From Vicugna vicugna (lineage: Eukaryota), in NCBI GenBank assembly GCA_013265495.1, contig MU058418.1:2444917-2508916 (forward strand): DNA of 64,000 nt, written 5' to 3'. Made by a program: the position numbers and the translations under genes. This document shows, in pieces, positions 1 through 13,525 of this stretch. Each line of letters opens with the position of its first letter. Position 1 is the stretch's first letter. The notes beneath the pieces were generated by a model. That model was not told where the DNA came from and ran no database searches. It worked only from the letters and a program-made list of their open reading frames with translations.

Positions 1-39
1 ATTCCCAAGACTCATTAGAATAACAATAATCCTAAAATA

Positions 40-256
40 ATAAAGACATTATCACATGTTGTACCAAACACACATACAGCAGATTCCACTTAATCCTCAT
101 GACTGTATGAAGTAGGTGTCATTATCCCTTTGACATGTAAGGGAAGTGAATCTCACTGAGGCTGAGGAACTCGCCCAAGTTCATGAGGCTGGGAAGAGGC
201 AGAGTTGGGTTTTGAGCCCCGAGAGCTCTGACTAAAAGCCCATGCTTCTAACCATT
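40..256 (-). mobile_element. MIR SINE
   Basis: Reverse MIR core (taatcctcatgac...ctgaggctgaggaactcgcccaagttca...tttgagccc...ctctgact). Confidence 0.75.
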
Positions 257-1344
257 CGACAGCACTGCCTGTATCCACCCACCTGTCTATAAAGTTATGA
301 TCCCTGAATGCCTGTCTCAGTACCAGTCTTGAAGCTGCCAAATTTCTCAGCACACTGAGCGTGGAGCCCTGCCGTGCTCCTGCTGATTCTCCCAGCCTGG
401 ACACAGACACGGGACAGGAACCTGCTCTATCCTAGCATCTCCAACCCCACTGCGCCATCCTGGCCTGCACCTGGATGTCCCAGAGTCACAGCAGGGGCCG
501 TAAACACTTCGCTGTACCAGTGGGATTCCAGTTTTGGCCTCCTGGCCTTGGCCTCCCTGACTAGGGCCTGGATCCAGTTCCAGGTCCTGGCCTCTCCCCC
601 ATAGCCTCACGCCTTCTGGGCTCACTAGACTCTGGGTCTGACAAGATCCACAATGCCCCCAGCTTCCACCTTCTCCTGTAGTTCTGTGAGGTCTACAGTC
701 CTGAGACTTATGGGAACTACACTTGCCCTGCACACCCTGAACGTCACCTGCAGTAGCAGATACCTAGTATTTTCATCAGAAACCCCATCAGCAAAATATG
801 TTTGCACCTGTGCCCCCAGTAGATGTGCACCTAATTTTATGTAAACCATAAACATGAACTATTGGACCAGTACATTATATACTTCACAAAGCACAAAAAA
901 TATGGAAAGTGCTAAACATGAAAATGCTAAATTATAAAATAAAGCACTAATACATATTTAACATTTCATATATATAATATGCACACTATTATATGTACAC
1001 ACTAATATTGTATACATTATACAATATATACACTAATATTTTCCACCTTAAGAATATATATGTGTGTATGTGTACTGCATGTGTTTTATTTTCTTTCATT
1101 CTTTAACATTTTTTATATTTTGTGTGGTTTATAGAGTATACAATGTACTGGTACATGTCTACTAATATTTTGTATACCAAGGATTTTCACATGTTTCACA
1201 TGAAGGGTATGCCCGTCCTCTGGAGACCCCTTAACCACAGGAACCAGACCAAGCCCCAGAGGCTGACTTGCCACCTTCTCCACCCCAACCTAGACCTTTT
1301 CCTCTGTGAGGCAGCTTACTTCATCACTCCCCTCCATCCCAACA

Positions 1345-1545
1345 CATGCTTTAGAGTCAGAATAAACTGGGGTCAACTCCAGACGGCCACTTACCAGCTG
1401 TGTGACCATGGACAGTGTATGTGAACCAGAGAGTTGGCCTTGATTCTCATCTGTAAAACTGGGACAATAGCGCCAACTTTTCATGGTGGTTTTGGACAGA
1501 AAGAGGAACCACTTAGAAGGGGCCTGGCCAGTGAGGGCAGTCAGT
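1345..1545 (+). mobile_element. MIR SINE
   Basis: gccacttaccagctgtgtgaccatggac...ttctcatctgtaaaactggg. Confidence 0.75.
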
Positions 1546-2534
1546 GAACGAACACCAACACTATCATTTTGCCAGGGGGCTCACTCCTGCCTCCAGCCGC
1601 TATTTATTCTGATCCATCCTGCTCTGCTGAGAGCCCCTTACTTGGTTCAAGGGCTACCTTTCCTGAGCACTCCTGCTCCCCCACTTTCCTAACCACTCAA
1701 ACTCCCCCATACTCTTCCTCCTCTGGGACCCTCTGCTCTTCTATACTTGGGCCTGGGCATCTGTAGATTACCAATTAACCATTTCTATCTACTCTAACCT
1801 CCCCATTCAGCTTGCTCGCTCCTCCCAGAGGGCAGGGGCTCCAGAGGTGGCATGGAGGTGTTGCTCGGCAAAGCAACTGGAGTGGACATGTGCACTCAAA
1901 TTGCGTGGCTCTGAAGTCCTCCTGAACCCCTATCTCTTGACATTTTACCACCCTCAGTCCACTTGCTGAAATCACAAGGTTGTGTTTGTCGGCCTGTGAA
2001 ATCCCACAGGCTCCTGCAGAAGAGGCCACTCCAACCACACACTCCAGCAGATTCTGCTGAGCTGGGATCAGCATCTAATCACGTTTCCATCACAACACAG
2101 TGAGAAACGTGTGACTGGCCCTTAGCAACGGTCTCTCAAGAAAGCTACCCCTATAGAGAGCTCATTAAGTTAACTGAACACACGTGAGGCAAAATCTAAA
2201 AACAGAGCTGTGCTGTCTGAAGCCTCATGCAGCACGTGGCAGAAGCTGAAAAGGGCAAGGAAGGAGCCTCGCTCCCAGGAAAAGCAGGCAAAGGAAAAAA
2301 AATCTGCTGGGCCTGCAGGCCCTGGGTGGGTCCAGATCCCTGAGCAAGAGAGCTCTGGACTTCCTCCCAGGGCTGAAGACCCTTTAATGAGGCCAGACCA
2401 GCCACCCCAACTCATAGACAGCTGCTCCCAGGTATCAGAAGCTCTTCTTCACCCCACAGACCCCTGAGTCATTTGAAACCCAGGGCAAGAGACCACCAGG
2501 AGAAGAGCATTTGAAGTAGTGAAAATTTTAAATT

Positions 2535-2800
2535 TAGAATTCATCTCAATTCAGCAAACCTCAGGCACCTACCATGTTGCAAATGTGTGTCCTGAGTGAC
2601 ACAGTCCTTACTCTCATGAGGTTTATGAAGACAGATGGGATATGTAACAAATACCCACAACTCAGGATAACTAACAGTAGACACTCTAATGGGGAAGCAG
2701 GTGGAGCATTCTGGGAGCAGAGAGGAGAAAGGAGGAACACTGGATAGGGAACACGCAATCAGGGATGGCTGCATGGAAGAGGCAGTGTTTTCCCTAGGCC
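2535..2800 (-). mobile_element. L2 LINE 3' fragment
   Basis: attcagcaaac...gcacctaccatg...acagtccttactctcatgag, the reverse L2 3' end pattern. Confidence 0.55.
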
Positions 2801-4964
2801 TTGGCTCCCAACTCCTGGCACTTAAGAGTTGTCTTCCTCAGTGCTCAGCTGAATTCAGCAAGTGCTGGTTAAGTGGTTAAAATAACAAAAATATTCTGGG
2901 ATCTCAGCTCATTGTCTAAATTCTGGTTGCCAAGGGCAGCCTTGGAATGCTGCAGCTTCTTTTGTCTTTGGTGAACTGACTGGAAGAGGGTAGAGGGAGT
3001 CAGACCTCAGAGAGCAGACACCAAGGACCCCGTAGCCTTGCACATTTGCTGATTGGCCCCTTTCCTTAGTGAGGCCTTATGGCTCACTTTGATGTAAAAA
3101 TAAGAAGGCAAACTGGGGCAGCACATAACTGTGAGTTATGGCTTTTTAAATGACTTTGAAATGCAAAACAATTTCAGCTACCTTCAGTTGCCTGCGTGCC
3201 TTCAGGCAAATTCAGCACAAGGGGTTAATACTAATCCCTTTGCCTAGTGTATAAAAAAGGCAACTCTTCTGTGTTAAAGGGGGAGCAAATTTGCAAAGAA
3301 AAGCAAAGAGGGATTATGTGTTCCACCCCTAACAGTTTATATGTTTCAAAAGAACTCAGGAGAGCAGGCAAAGGAGTGGGCATCTTTAACCTGACAGTCT
3401 TAGCAGGCCATCAGGACAATAGGAAACACATCAGAAAAATAACAAACCACACACGAACCCACAAATGCACACGTGCACACACCAGGACAGAGAGGGAACT
3501 TTCAAGAGTGTCCAGAGTTTAAAACACAGGACATCAGATGTGCAGGCCACCAGAGCTTGGGTCAGAAACCTCTGACCCCACTACAGCTGGTGAAGGTGAA
3601 GAGGGAAGAGGGGGAGCCGCTGTGGGGTGTTAACAGTGGGAATTCAGCTCTCACATCTTCAGTGCCACAGGAGGCTCCATCCCCAAGAAGCTGGCGCTTG
3701 AAGGAAGGGAGCAGCTCACAACTGCTTCAGACAGAGCCACACTCAAAACTGGGACACATGTCTGCAGTTATCTCTCAGATCCACAGACGAGGTGAAAGGT
3801 GGTGACAAAGGGGTCTGTGAGACCTGGAGACAATGGCAGGGCTCGTCAATGAGAAAACGTGCACTGTGAAGTACTATGCCAATGTCAGGTTTTTGTTTTT
3901 AAGGAAATTAGCGTCAACATTACATCAGTTAGAATGAGAGTCTCTGGTTCCCAGTCTCTTAGCAGCTAGTGATGTTTGCCTCACCCCCACCCACCTCACT
4001 GAAAATTAATCAGTTCATTCATTTATTCCTTTACTCAATCCATTCGAGACATGCTGTTGAGCACCGCATACGCATTAGGTTCACCAAAGTGATTAAGACA
4101 CACCAGTGCCCTCAAGAAATTCACAGCCTGGTAAAAACGTTCTAAAGGTGCAAGTTACACCAACTGCATAGAAAGGGTCTGAAAGGAAACAGGCCAGAAG
4201 TGGCTTCCTCTGAGGAGGGGAGAAGGATGGGGGTATTACTGAATTCTTTACTAGTTAAAGACTCAACCAAAGCACCCAAGCGCACCTCTGATTTTTGAAA
4301 AACTACTCCGCTGTGAGAGACCTTTTCATATGCACCAAAATGAAAAAAAAACTTTTTGATCTTGGAATAAGCTGCTATTTCAATTAGTCAGAAATTTAAT
4401 GAAATGGATGTGACCACTGCTGGCAGCCGTTCCCAGCTGAGTGAATTCACTCCTGAGTGAATGTCCCAACCCTGCAGGTCGCATGAGCACCAAACAACAT
4501 TTAATTATTTCCTACTTCACACTGTCCACTTGGAGCCCAAGTAAGTTTTGCTTCATGTGCGTGGAGCTCCTGGGGCTCATTTTAGTTCCATTTTCAACTT
4601 ACCGTTGACCCAAATCCCTCTCTGGCCCCAGGGGTGAAGACTCTATGTTCCAGTCACATAAATTCTAGGCCTCAGAAGAGACTCACATGCTGACAGCCAT
4701 TTACCCTGTCCCTGGGCCCCCATGTCCTGCCACCCTGCCCTTTCAGGTGACCAGAGGGCCTGTCACCCCCTCAGGTGGGCAAGGCCGGGAGGGCTGAGAA
4801 AAGTCTCCAAAAGGGGGGCCCAGACCACCCAGCCAAGTATCCTGACCCATAGTGCCTACTCCCCACTAGAGAGCATGGGAAGAAGTCTTCCTAAGTGTCC
4901 TCTGAGAAGTTTTCAACAGGCAGAAGCCAACTTAAAAATAAACAGTATAATTAAAATATAATTC

Positions 4965-5145
4965 CTTGGTTCTCAAAGTATATTCCCAAGCCCGCAGCAT
5001 CAGCAAGCCCTGGGAATTTGGTAGAAATGCACATTCTCAGGCCCTGCCCCACACCTACTGACTTAGAACTTTGGGCGGGGCCCAGCAGTCTGTTTTATCA
5101 AGGCCTCCGGGGGAGTCTGGTGCACGCAGACGTGAGAGCAACACT
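4965..5145. mobile_element. MER5A (hAT-Charlie MITE)
   Basis: tggttctcaaagt...gcagcatcagca..cctgggaatttggtagaaatgcacattctcaggccctgcccc...ggggcccagcagtctgtttt. Confidence 0.85.
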
Positions 5146-5312
5146 AACGGAATCATCTGAAGCCAGGACAAGAAATGACTGGTTCCTGGTGCATGAGACT
5201 TGCAGAAACTACTCAGCTTGACTGCCTGCCTCAGAAGTGTGTGAATGGCCATTTGCTCAGACACTTAATTCTACAGGTGAGCTAAGTTATTGGAGGATGT
5301 CAGAATACCAGC

Positions 5313-5710
5313 TGTATTAGTTGGCTAGGGCTGCCATTACAAAGTTAACAGGCTGAGTGGCTTAAACAACATGCATTTTCCCTCAGTTATAAAGGTTGGA
5401 AGTCCAAGATCAAGGTGTCAGGAGACTTGGTTTCTCCTAAGGCATCTCTTCTTGGCTGGCGGGTGGCCCTCTTGCTGCCTCTTAAGAATGGTCATGCCTC
5501 TGAACACACATGCCCCTGGCATCCCTCTGTGCGTCCTAATGGCCTCTTCTTATAGCGACACCATACTGGATTAGGGCACACCCTAACAGCCTCATTTAAC
5601 TTAATCACCTCTTTAAATATAACCTCCAAATACAGCCATATTCGGAGGTACTAGAGGTTAAGACTTCAACGTATGTTTACACTTGGGGGGACACATTTCA
5701 GCCCATGACA
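5313..5710 (-). mobile_element. MaLR solo LTR (MLT1A/B/C group)
   Basis: TGTATTAGTT...agggctgccattacaaa...ggaagtccaagatcaaggtgtca...ggattagggc...ttcagcccatgACA. Confidence 0.88.
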
Positions 5711-6839
5711 AGCGTCTTCTCATAATGGACTGTTCTATCAGTTTTCACCAGTCCTGTCTGAAAGTCTTTCCCCAGGCGTGTAGGACTAACGAGAGGATGC
5801 CTGGATTCTCTCTCTTATCCTTGGCCCCCTTACCCCTCACACCACCGTCCAGGAGGCAGCTGATGGTACAACCCTGAAGGCCCCTGCGAAGGACAGCCAT
5901 GCCGTTGGCCTGAGCAGCAGACAGAAACAGGAGGAAATGGAAGGGGAATGGGAGAGAAGAAGGGGGAAGGAGAGGCTGAAAACAAGAAAGGAGGAGGACA
6001 GAGGGTGAAAGCGCTGAGTCGCTCAGGAGGGAGAGGCGTGTCTGTTTGATTCCAGAATCAGAGATTGGAAGGCAACCAGGGTGCCGTCTGGAGCCAGAAC
6101 AAGGCCATCTCACTCATGAGCTGTATGGTCTTGGGTCAGCCATTTACATCCTTGATGCCTCTGTTCATTCATTTGTTCTCTGGTTCATTTGTTCACTAGT
6201 TTATTCATTCATCCATCTTACAGAATAAAAATAAGCTTTCAGACACTGTCCTAGGTATTATTTCCTTGTTGGTGAAAGGCGAATAATAATCCCAATTTGC
6301 AGTTGTTAGGAGGACTCTAGGTAAACACCCAGTAGAGTGTCTAACCTATTAGACAGTGATGAGTTCGTGAATCTCACCTCACGTGAATGTGAGCCCTTAA
6401 AGATAGGGACTGTTTTTTCACGTCTGTCCCCCAACACTTGGAGAGTGACTGGTACTCAACAGATATTCGAGGAAGGAAAGAACCTTGGATGGTGGGGGCA
6501 GGAGGTGAGAAAGAGAAGAAAGAGAGGCAAGCGTGGCACACTGAATGGTCATTACCATTGCTGCTATGGGATGGCCCAGATCCTGGGTGTCCTGAGAACA
6601 TCGTCACATTAGCACCAGATATGGGGACCACATCACTTCCCTCCTTCCTCAGCAAGGCTCCTGGAAGACTGTACATGATTCAAGGGATTCCAGGTCAGCC
6701 GTAGACCAGAGGCCAGTCCATGAAGCAACTGAATTTGTCACCTGCAAAGCCACTAACAATTCCGGGAAATACATACAGAATCTGGGTATTACCTTTGTTT
6801 TCTTTTCCTTTGTGCATTGTCTAGTTCCACCCGCTCACT

Positions 6840-7110
6840 TGGGTGCCGCATGCAGAGGCCTCGCATCCGGCGCTTCAGACTCAAGTTCCTAGTGCAAAAT
6901 GGCCGCGCCGACACCTCCGCTCGGAGTGTCCGGCCGAAAGCAGGAGAGCTCCGCACTGCAACTCAAGATGGCGGGCGGGGCGGGGGCGGCCCCTGCGCAG
7001 TGTCTGGAGCCCCGCGGCACAGCCGGGGAGGACTCGCGAGAACTCCCCCGCTCCCCTCCCCACCCACAAGATCCCGCTAAAGCAGCCCCGCCCACAGCCT
7101 GCAGGGGAGA
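6840..7110. promoter_or_regulatory. CpG-rich promoter-like island (YY1-like x2, GC boxes, BANP/Kaiso-like motif), probably inside an LTR
   Basis: CAAAATGGCCGC 6895-6906, CAAGATGGCGG 6964-6974, GGGCGGGGCGGGGGCGG 6973-6989, ACTCGCGAGA 7032-7041; dense CpG. Confidence 0.6.
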
Positions 7111-8479
7111 GCATGTGCTCTGGAGCTGGAGCTCCCAGCGCTCCATTCTCCCATCAAAGAATAAAGCTTTCCTTTGCTTCTAAACAGCACTTGGTCTCTT
7201 TCTATTGGTGAAGGACCCTTGTTAGGGAGGATCAGTTATAAAATTTCTCTTTGACACTCTCCCAACTTCACCCCCCTTTACGCTACCCCTCACTCCTGAT
7301 GCCGGGAACTTCTTGTTGCTGACAAGTGGCTAGGGTCCCTCACCCTGGGGGAAAGGGGGGGGGGGAGGACAGAGCTCTGAACCTTTCCACACTGCGCCCC
7401 TCGCACTTGACAAGGCTGGTCTCCCTGCTGATGATCCCAGACATCTGGTCTCGGAATGAGCTGATGAACAAATTCTCACCATGGTATAATAAACACGGTA
7501 GGATGGTGTGTTACCCTCCCAAGGGTACTTGTCCTGTGGCTTTAAGCCACAATCATTATAGAAAGTTAGTACTGAGGGGAACTTACTGACCAGCCAGCCT
7601 GACCCTTCATCTCCAATGGCCAATTTGCAGCCCCACAAGGACATAAAAACTAATACTGAGCCCCTGAATAGAACGTCTTTGTCACTCCCTAAACCCCAAT
7701 TTCCGAATAAACCGCGCTGTTGGTGCTGACCTACATTTCTGGCTTGGCAGAGACCAGCGAAGAAATTCTCTCTTCCATCTCACTGCCTTCTCGGTGCCTT
7801 CAAACACTGCCAGGGATTGTTCTGTTATCACCTCTAATTTGACGAGAATTTCCTGACACAGGAATATCTCCCAAGAAGCCACGCCCACGACCAGAGTCAA
7901 CAAGCTGGAACCCCGTGCTACCAGCCCACCCAAGACCTCAGACCCCACCTTCCTCTCATACACTCTTCCTCTGGATCATGAAACAGAGTTCGCTTTCCTT
8001 CTCCTTGGGACAGAAATTGCCAGAACGGGAAACAACTGCTTCCAAAGCTGTTTTTATAACTGGAAAATTGAGGGCCTGTGTTTCCTGTATCTTAGCAAAG
8101 GAGACAAGGTGTTAGCAGCAGGTCTGACCTCTGTCCTGGGCCCAAGGCCAAACAGAGAGCTTGTCCCAGCACAGAGGGAGCCCCGCGGAGACCTGTGCCT
8201 GCCACACCCGTCCCCAGCACAGTAACTAAACACAGAGCGAGACAGGAAGAGTCTGCAGCACCTCTGCAAACAGCAGCAGCAGAGTTGGACTCACACTGCG
8301 CTTAATGAATGCTCAGCGCCAGAACGCCTCCCTTCAAGGCTGCAGGGAGACCCTAGCAATGCATCCACAGGTCATGTTTTGTAAACAATGTAGACGTAAG
8401 ACATTTTAACCCCAGTCAATGAAGACTCTTTCCCTTCTGCACTCCCTCCACCATCCTCTTGTGGAGTGGTGGAGACTTT

Positions 8480-9274
8480 CTGGGCATCTGTTAAGGAGAA
8501 ACTGAGGGATACATTTAACTTGGGTTTCATGGGACATTTTATGTGGGCCACAGTTGCTTCCGTGTCCTGTTAGAGTATTGCTAGCCACCCTGAGGAAGGA
8601 AGGGCTTCCAGGAAATCTGCCACTGCCCACTGGGCATCCTCTGTCCTCCTGACACAAAGGTGCAAGGCCAGGGGCTGGGTAGCAATGTGAGCATGTTCTG
8701 GAAGAGCAGGCCAGTGAAGGAGAGAAAAGGTCAACAATGTATGAAGCCAGAGGCAAGTCTGTGGAAAACTCAACCACTTGTTACAGCTCACACATGAAAG
8801 AAACTTGATGGCAGTTCTCAAACCTTTGACAAGAAGCCTAAACATTTACATGACACTGCTGATATAGAGCCGTGAAGCTGGAAGAAATTTTGCTAAAATA
8901 TAATAAGGAAAAACCAAATTTTGATCAGCCAGGTTTGAGAAAAGATGAAGTACCTTTCTCTTCTCTCCATAAAAAAAAAAATGAAAGAAAAAAATTACCA
9001 AGTCATCGTTAGATGAAGTGATCAGAGAGCATGCAGGAAAACGTAATTAATTAATTAAGGGAATAAAGTGTTTATAAGGGTATTTCAGAGAGTTAATAAA
9101 ATAGTATGTTGTTTGAATTTTATAATATTTGTGTTAGTTTTGATTTGTATATGTTTGCTCGTTCTAAGTAAATACTCTGTTTTATACCTAATTTTGTGTT
9201 GTGTGTTTTTGTTTTTAAGAAGGCCTCCAAAATTATGTAAGCTTCCAGCCCCACAAAACCTGGATAGAGCCCTG
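8480..9274 (+). mobile_element. Zaphod-like hAT-Tip100 DNA transposon 3' part with decayed transposase dimerisation domain
   Basis: ~8780-8950 translates LLQLTHERNLMAVLKPLTRSLNIYMTLLI*SREAGRNFAKI**GKTKF*S (hATC-like). Terminus aagcttccagccccacaaaacctggatagagcccTG. Start approximate. Confidence 0.8.
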
Positions 9275-10084
9275 GCAGGGAGTCACTAGGGATACAACTT
9301 AAACCCATCAGAAAGAAGTCAACTACATAACAACAGCAATGGCATTTTCCCCACTGCAACTCCAAACAGCTACTCTGTATAAGAAAAGCAACTGAGCACA
9401 GAGAGGTGTTGGGTTTATAAGTAATGAGAGTTAAACACAGTTAAAGGAAACATTCTCAATGCAGACGGATAATGCACATCAATTTGTGCATTGGTACAAT
9501 GTAACTTGATACAATGTGCGTTGTGAGTTGGTAGTTGGGGCCTCAAAAGGAATCCAAGATCCAGTGTCAAGTAAACTCTGCCCCTGTTTCTGGCAGGATG
9601 GGGCTGTAATGCCCCCTGTAGAAGGGGGGCTTCCCAGGACCTCAGTCAGAAGAAGGGAAGACACATCTCTGGAATGAATCTCCCCACCCACTAGTCCACA
9701 CCTTATATTAATGCTTTTAATTTCCTGAGTTTACTTTGACAGCCCATTTTTTCTTGGCTTTTGTTTTCTTCCTTTCTTTGTCATTTTATGTTTGGGGAAA
9801 TGAAACATTAACAAAAAAAAAAATCAAATCAACAGCAATACGCTTCTGCAGGTTGGGAGGGCGGCTGGAGCCCACACTGGCGCTGGATGGGCACTGAGAT
9901 TTTAATGGGCCCTCAGGAAGGCTCAACAAGACAAACAGCTGGACAGGTCCTCTGTCTACCTTTTAAATGTTCTCTAATTTCTTTAGTGACTAGTTTTAAA
10001 AATCATTATGAAAGAAAATGAAATATATGTTTATGTTTTTAAAAAGCCTCGGCCTCCTCTGTAGCAGGGTCAGCAAGCCTGAGG

Positions 10085-10260
10085 CCACCAGGTCACCTTC
10101 CCCAAAATCACCCGGAGGTTTCTTAAAATGCAGAAGCCCAGAGTCCACCCCAGAACTTCTGCATCAGGGGTTCTGAGAGGACACGAGGCTCTAATGTGGA
10201 TCTGGAAGCTTGAATTTTAAGAAGCTTCCAGGGGATTCTGGTGAAGATCAACTGGGGACC
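10085..10260. mobile_element. MER5-family hAT-Charlie fragment
   Basis: aatcacccggagg..tcttaaaatgcaga..ccaccccaga...ttttaagaagcttccaggggattctg. Confidence 0.6.
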
Positions 10261-11047
10261 TCACTTGGAAGGTTTTGTGAGACTTCAAGTAGATTAAGTT
10301 CATAAAAGTGCTTCAAATGGTACTTAGAGCTTCATAAAATGCTAAATGAACCTATCATCACTCTTCTCTGTTCTGGGCTGGGTGTGGGGGAATGTAGCTG
10401 TGAACCAGACAAATGTGTCACCTGCCCTCAAGGATGGAGGATGGAATAGATGCGAAGAGCTGTGGGGTCAGGGGTTTTGCCGAAGCCTAGTTTACAACTG
10501 GAGAAGATTTTCTGCGCAACAGCCAGGAGCTTCATACCCTTAACTAAGGTGACCATCTTGGCTCTAGAATTTCTACACAGGAAGACCCTACAGTCAACCT
10601 CATTGGAATGCGAGTTAGAGACATGTCTTAAAGTCATGTTTGCGTGGCTCTTTACAAACGACTGAAAAATAAATGTCAACTGCTCACAGCAAACACTTGC
10701 AGGGAAAGGAGAGGCTGGTTCCCACAATGGAGAGCAGGACCAGGCGGGAAGCCGCCAGCTGCCAGGCACAGCACTAGAGCCTTTCACATAAACCACAGCA
10801 CTTAATTCTCACTGCATCCTTGTCAAACAGGCCGCATCACCACATCTTTTTATGGGAGAAAACCAAGTCTCAGAGAGGGTACATTAAGCCTTTAAGTTCT
10901 TGCAGCTAGAAAATGGCAGATTGTCTAACTCCAGAGCTGTATTGTGCCTCTCCAACACATACTAGTCATCTATCAGGGACATTTTATGGGCTACCTTGGA
11001 TTCTCTAAGCCCTAAGTCTTCTGACCCTCAGCTATTCTTGTTATCAC

Positions 11048-11482
11048 TGTGCCAGAAGATTCCACCACCTGAGGCTGACACCCAGAGTCTGTGACTCCAC
11101 GCACCACCCCCAGACCAGGGGGGAGAGCCACACCACAGTGCATCATGGCGTAGGATTCCTCAGCAGTTGCCCCAAGGGCCAGGTGATGCAACCCTAAACT
11201 GTGGGGTATTTAGGTCCACAGGAGATGAACTTGGACCAATGGGGTGTGGAGTCAGGAGAGACCCAGGAGATAAATGCTCCCTCAGCATCCTCCTCTTCCT
11301 GTCCAGGAGACGTCTTGTGTGACCAACTAACAGGCTATGTCTCCTCATGAAGCCCTGGCCAGTATGGTAACACACCACCCTGGGCTCACTTCCCCTCCTT
11401 CCCTGCCTGCCCTGGCTGTCTGGGGCTGCCTCACCTAGGCTTTGCTGCAGGTTCTGCTTCCTAGGGAACCCAGGCTAAGACA
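11048..11482 (+). mobile_element. ERVL solo LTR (LTR16 family)
   Basis: 3' end ggttctgcttcctagggaacccaggctaagACA; start approximate. Confidence 0.7.
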
Positions 11483-11799
11483 AAAAACTGCAAACATTCA
11501 GGTGGATTACATCATTTAACTCACAGGACACCCAAATAAGTTACTATCACAGCTTTACAGATAAAGTAACTTGTGGGTAAAGTCACACAGCTGTATTACC
11601 AGTGCAACCAGCGTCCAAACCCAAGAAGCCTAACTCTAGATCCCACACTTCTGACTCAGCACCAGAGAGTGTATGTTCCTAACAGCCTCCCTCATCTATC
11701 TGGTCCTCCACATGCGTCACTTCTGGTATGTATTTTCTGTGGAAGAGAATGCTAGATGTATGGCATTATTCGGTCTAGCCATCTTTAAAAGAAAAGAAT

Positions 11800-12171
11800 T
11801 TGGGGAAGGCTCTAGGCTTCCTTGCAGCTAGGTGCAGCCACATGACAAAGTGCAGACCACTGTCACGTAAGAAGTGATGTGAATGATTCCCAGGTGGTAC
11901 CTTCGAAGGGAAGGAAACTGCTCTCCCCCTCCCCTTCTCCCTTTCCCAAAGCTGGAATGCGGACATGGTCATTGGCGTTAGAGCAGCTGACACCCTAAGA
12001 TGGAAGCTGATTTTGAGGGTGGCAGTGTGCTGATACGAAAGGAGCCTGTTTACCACCATGGAGCCACCACACCAGCCCTGGACTGTGAGGTGAGAGAAAT
12101 AAACTTCTAGCTGGTTTTGTCCACTCTTGTTTCAGTCTTTGCTGCAAAACCTAAACTTTCATTCTAATATA
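11800..12171 (+). mobile_element. MaLR LTR (old MLT1 subfamily)
   Basis: ttccttgcagctaggtgcagccacatgac...ggagccaccacaccagccctggact..gagagaAATAAActtct...ttctaatata. Confidence 0.75.
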
Positions 12172-12179
12172 CTCTCCAC

Positions 12180-12635
12180 TGGGCAGTATAATAGCACAAC
12201 TAGTTAGAGCTGACCTCTGGAGTTAGACCTGGGTTCAAATCCTGGCTCCATCCAAAAGGATGGCTCTGGTTCTTTTCTGGTAGTTACTATTCATCTTCTT
12301 TGACAGCCACTTTGTAGACCTTCCTGGAGGACAATTATTCATAGCATTGGCTTGATGGCTGAGCCCAAGAACTCAGACTGTTGGGTTCAAATCCTAGACC
12401 TGTTTGCTCCAATTGTACTACCTCGGGCAGTTTACTTGACCTCACTGTGCCTCAATTTCTCCATACGTGAATGAGGATACTAAGAGTGCCTCCCTCTTAG
12501 GGTTTGGTGAAAGTTAAGAGAGAGCACAGCCACTCACTATGAATGGACTAAAAGATCCCTGGCACAGGACTTGGCATATGATAAGCATTCAGTAAAAGTC
12601 AGCTTTTGCTGCTGCTTATTATTGTTATTATTATT
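12180..12635 (+). mobile_element. Two MIR SINE fragments
   Basis: ctggagttagacctgggttcaaatcctggctc and gggttcaaatcc...gggcagtttacttgacctcactgtgcctcaatttctcca. Confidence 0.75.
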
Positions 12636-13274
12636 CCTTTGCTGAGTACAGAGTTTCATGCATAACAGGTATCAGTAAATGCTTTCAAAGGATGAATGAA
12701 TGAAGATCTAAACCACATTATGTGGAGTGGAATAAGTCACAAAACAAACCAAATACCAAGGTGAGATGTTTTACCCCAGACTGATCGCTGTGTGTAATCG
12801 CTGCTCAACGGTGTCTGTCAGAGAATGCTGCTTCTCTGTCTGCAGACCCTTGCAAGAGTCCCTCAAGCTTGGAATGAGGGGTTTCAGTGATGTTTATGCT
12901 AAATCAGAGTTTAGACTATAGCTCCTCACAGACCTCCTCTATAGTGGGGATCCCATGGAGCCCACGGGGGTGTCCACAGAACGCAGACATCCAGGCCACT
13001 TTTACTGTGGGTATTGACCCCTGCTATTTGGTGCAAATGTAAGAATCTGGAATTGTTATCCTTCCAGAATGGTGAGTGTAATTCTCACCAATGATAAGGC
13101 TACAGTAAATTGTCTCAACCCAGGTGTTAGGAGCAGACCCTGGACAGGGCAGCCCTGGGGCAGTCCAGCTGTGGCACCAGAGGCTGACTCCACAGAGTCA
13201 GTCCCTCCTCTGCCAGACAACACCACTGCTTCTAAAGAAACAGGGCTGCCCAGAACAAATGCACTCTGCTCAGA

Positions 13275-13525
13275 GTGCTGGAGTCCACCAGTGGCAGAGT
13301 GTGGCCTCAGATGTCCTGGGTTTGTGGTTCACATTCTGGCTCCATTACTAGTTACACAGTCAGGTTTTTCTCTCTGAAACTCCATTTCCTCATCTGTCAA
13401 ATGGATAGAATAACAATATCTACTCACCAGTGGCTGCAAGAAATGAATGAAACAGTCAGTGCGAAAAGCTTATAACAATGCCTGGCACATAGTGAGGCCA
13501 CAATAAAAGCTGACTATTATTCTTA
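13275..13525 (+). mobile_element. MIR SINE
   Basis: ctctctgaaactccatttcctcatctgtcaaatggatag...acaatgcctggcacatagtga. Confidence 0.75.

Noticed and set aside
6817..7211. Several overlapping ORFs on both strands
   Set aside because: Expected from high GC content; no recognisable protein similarity or exon structure.
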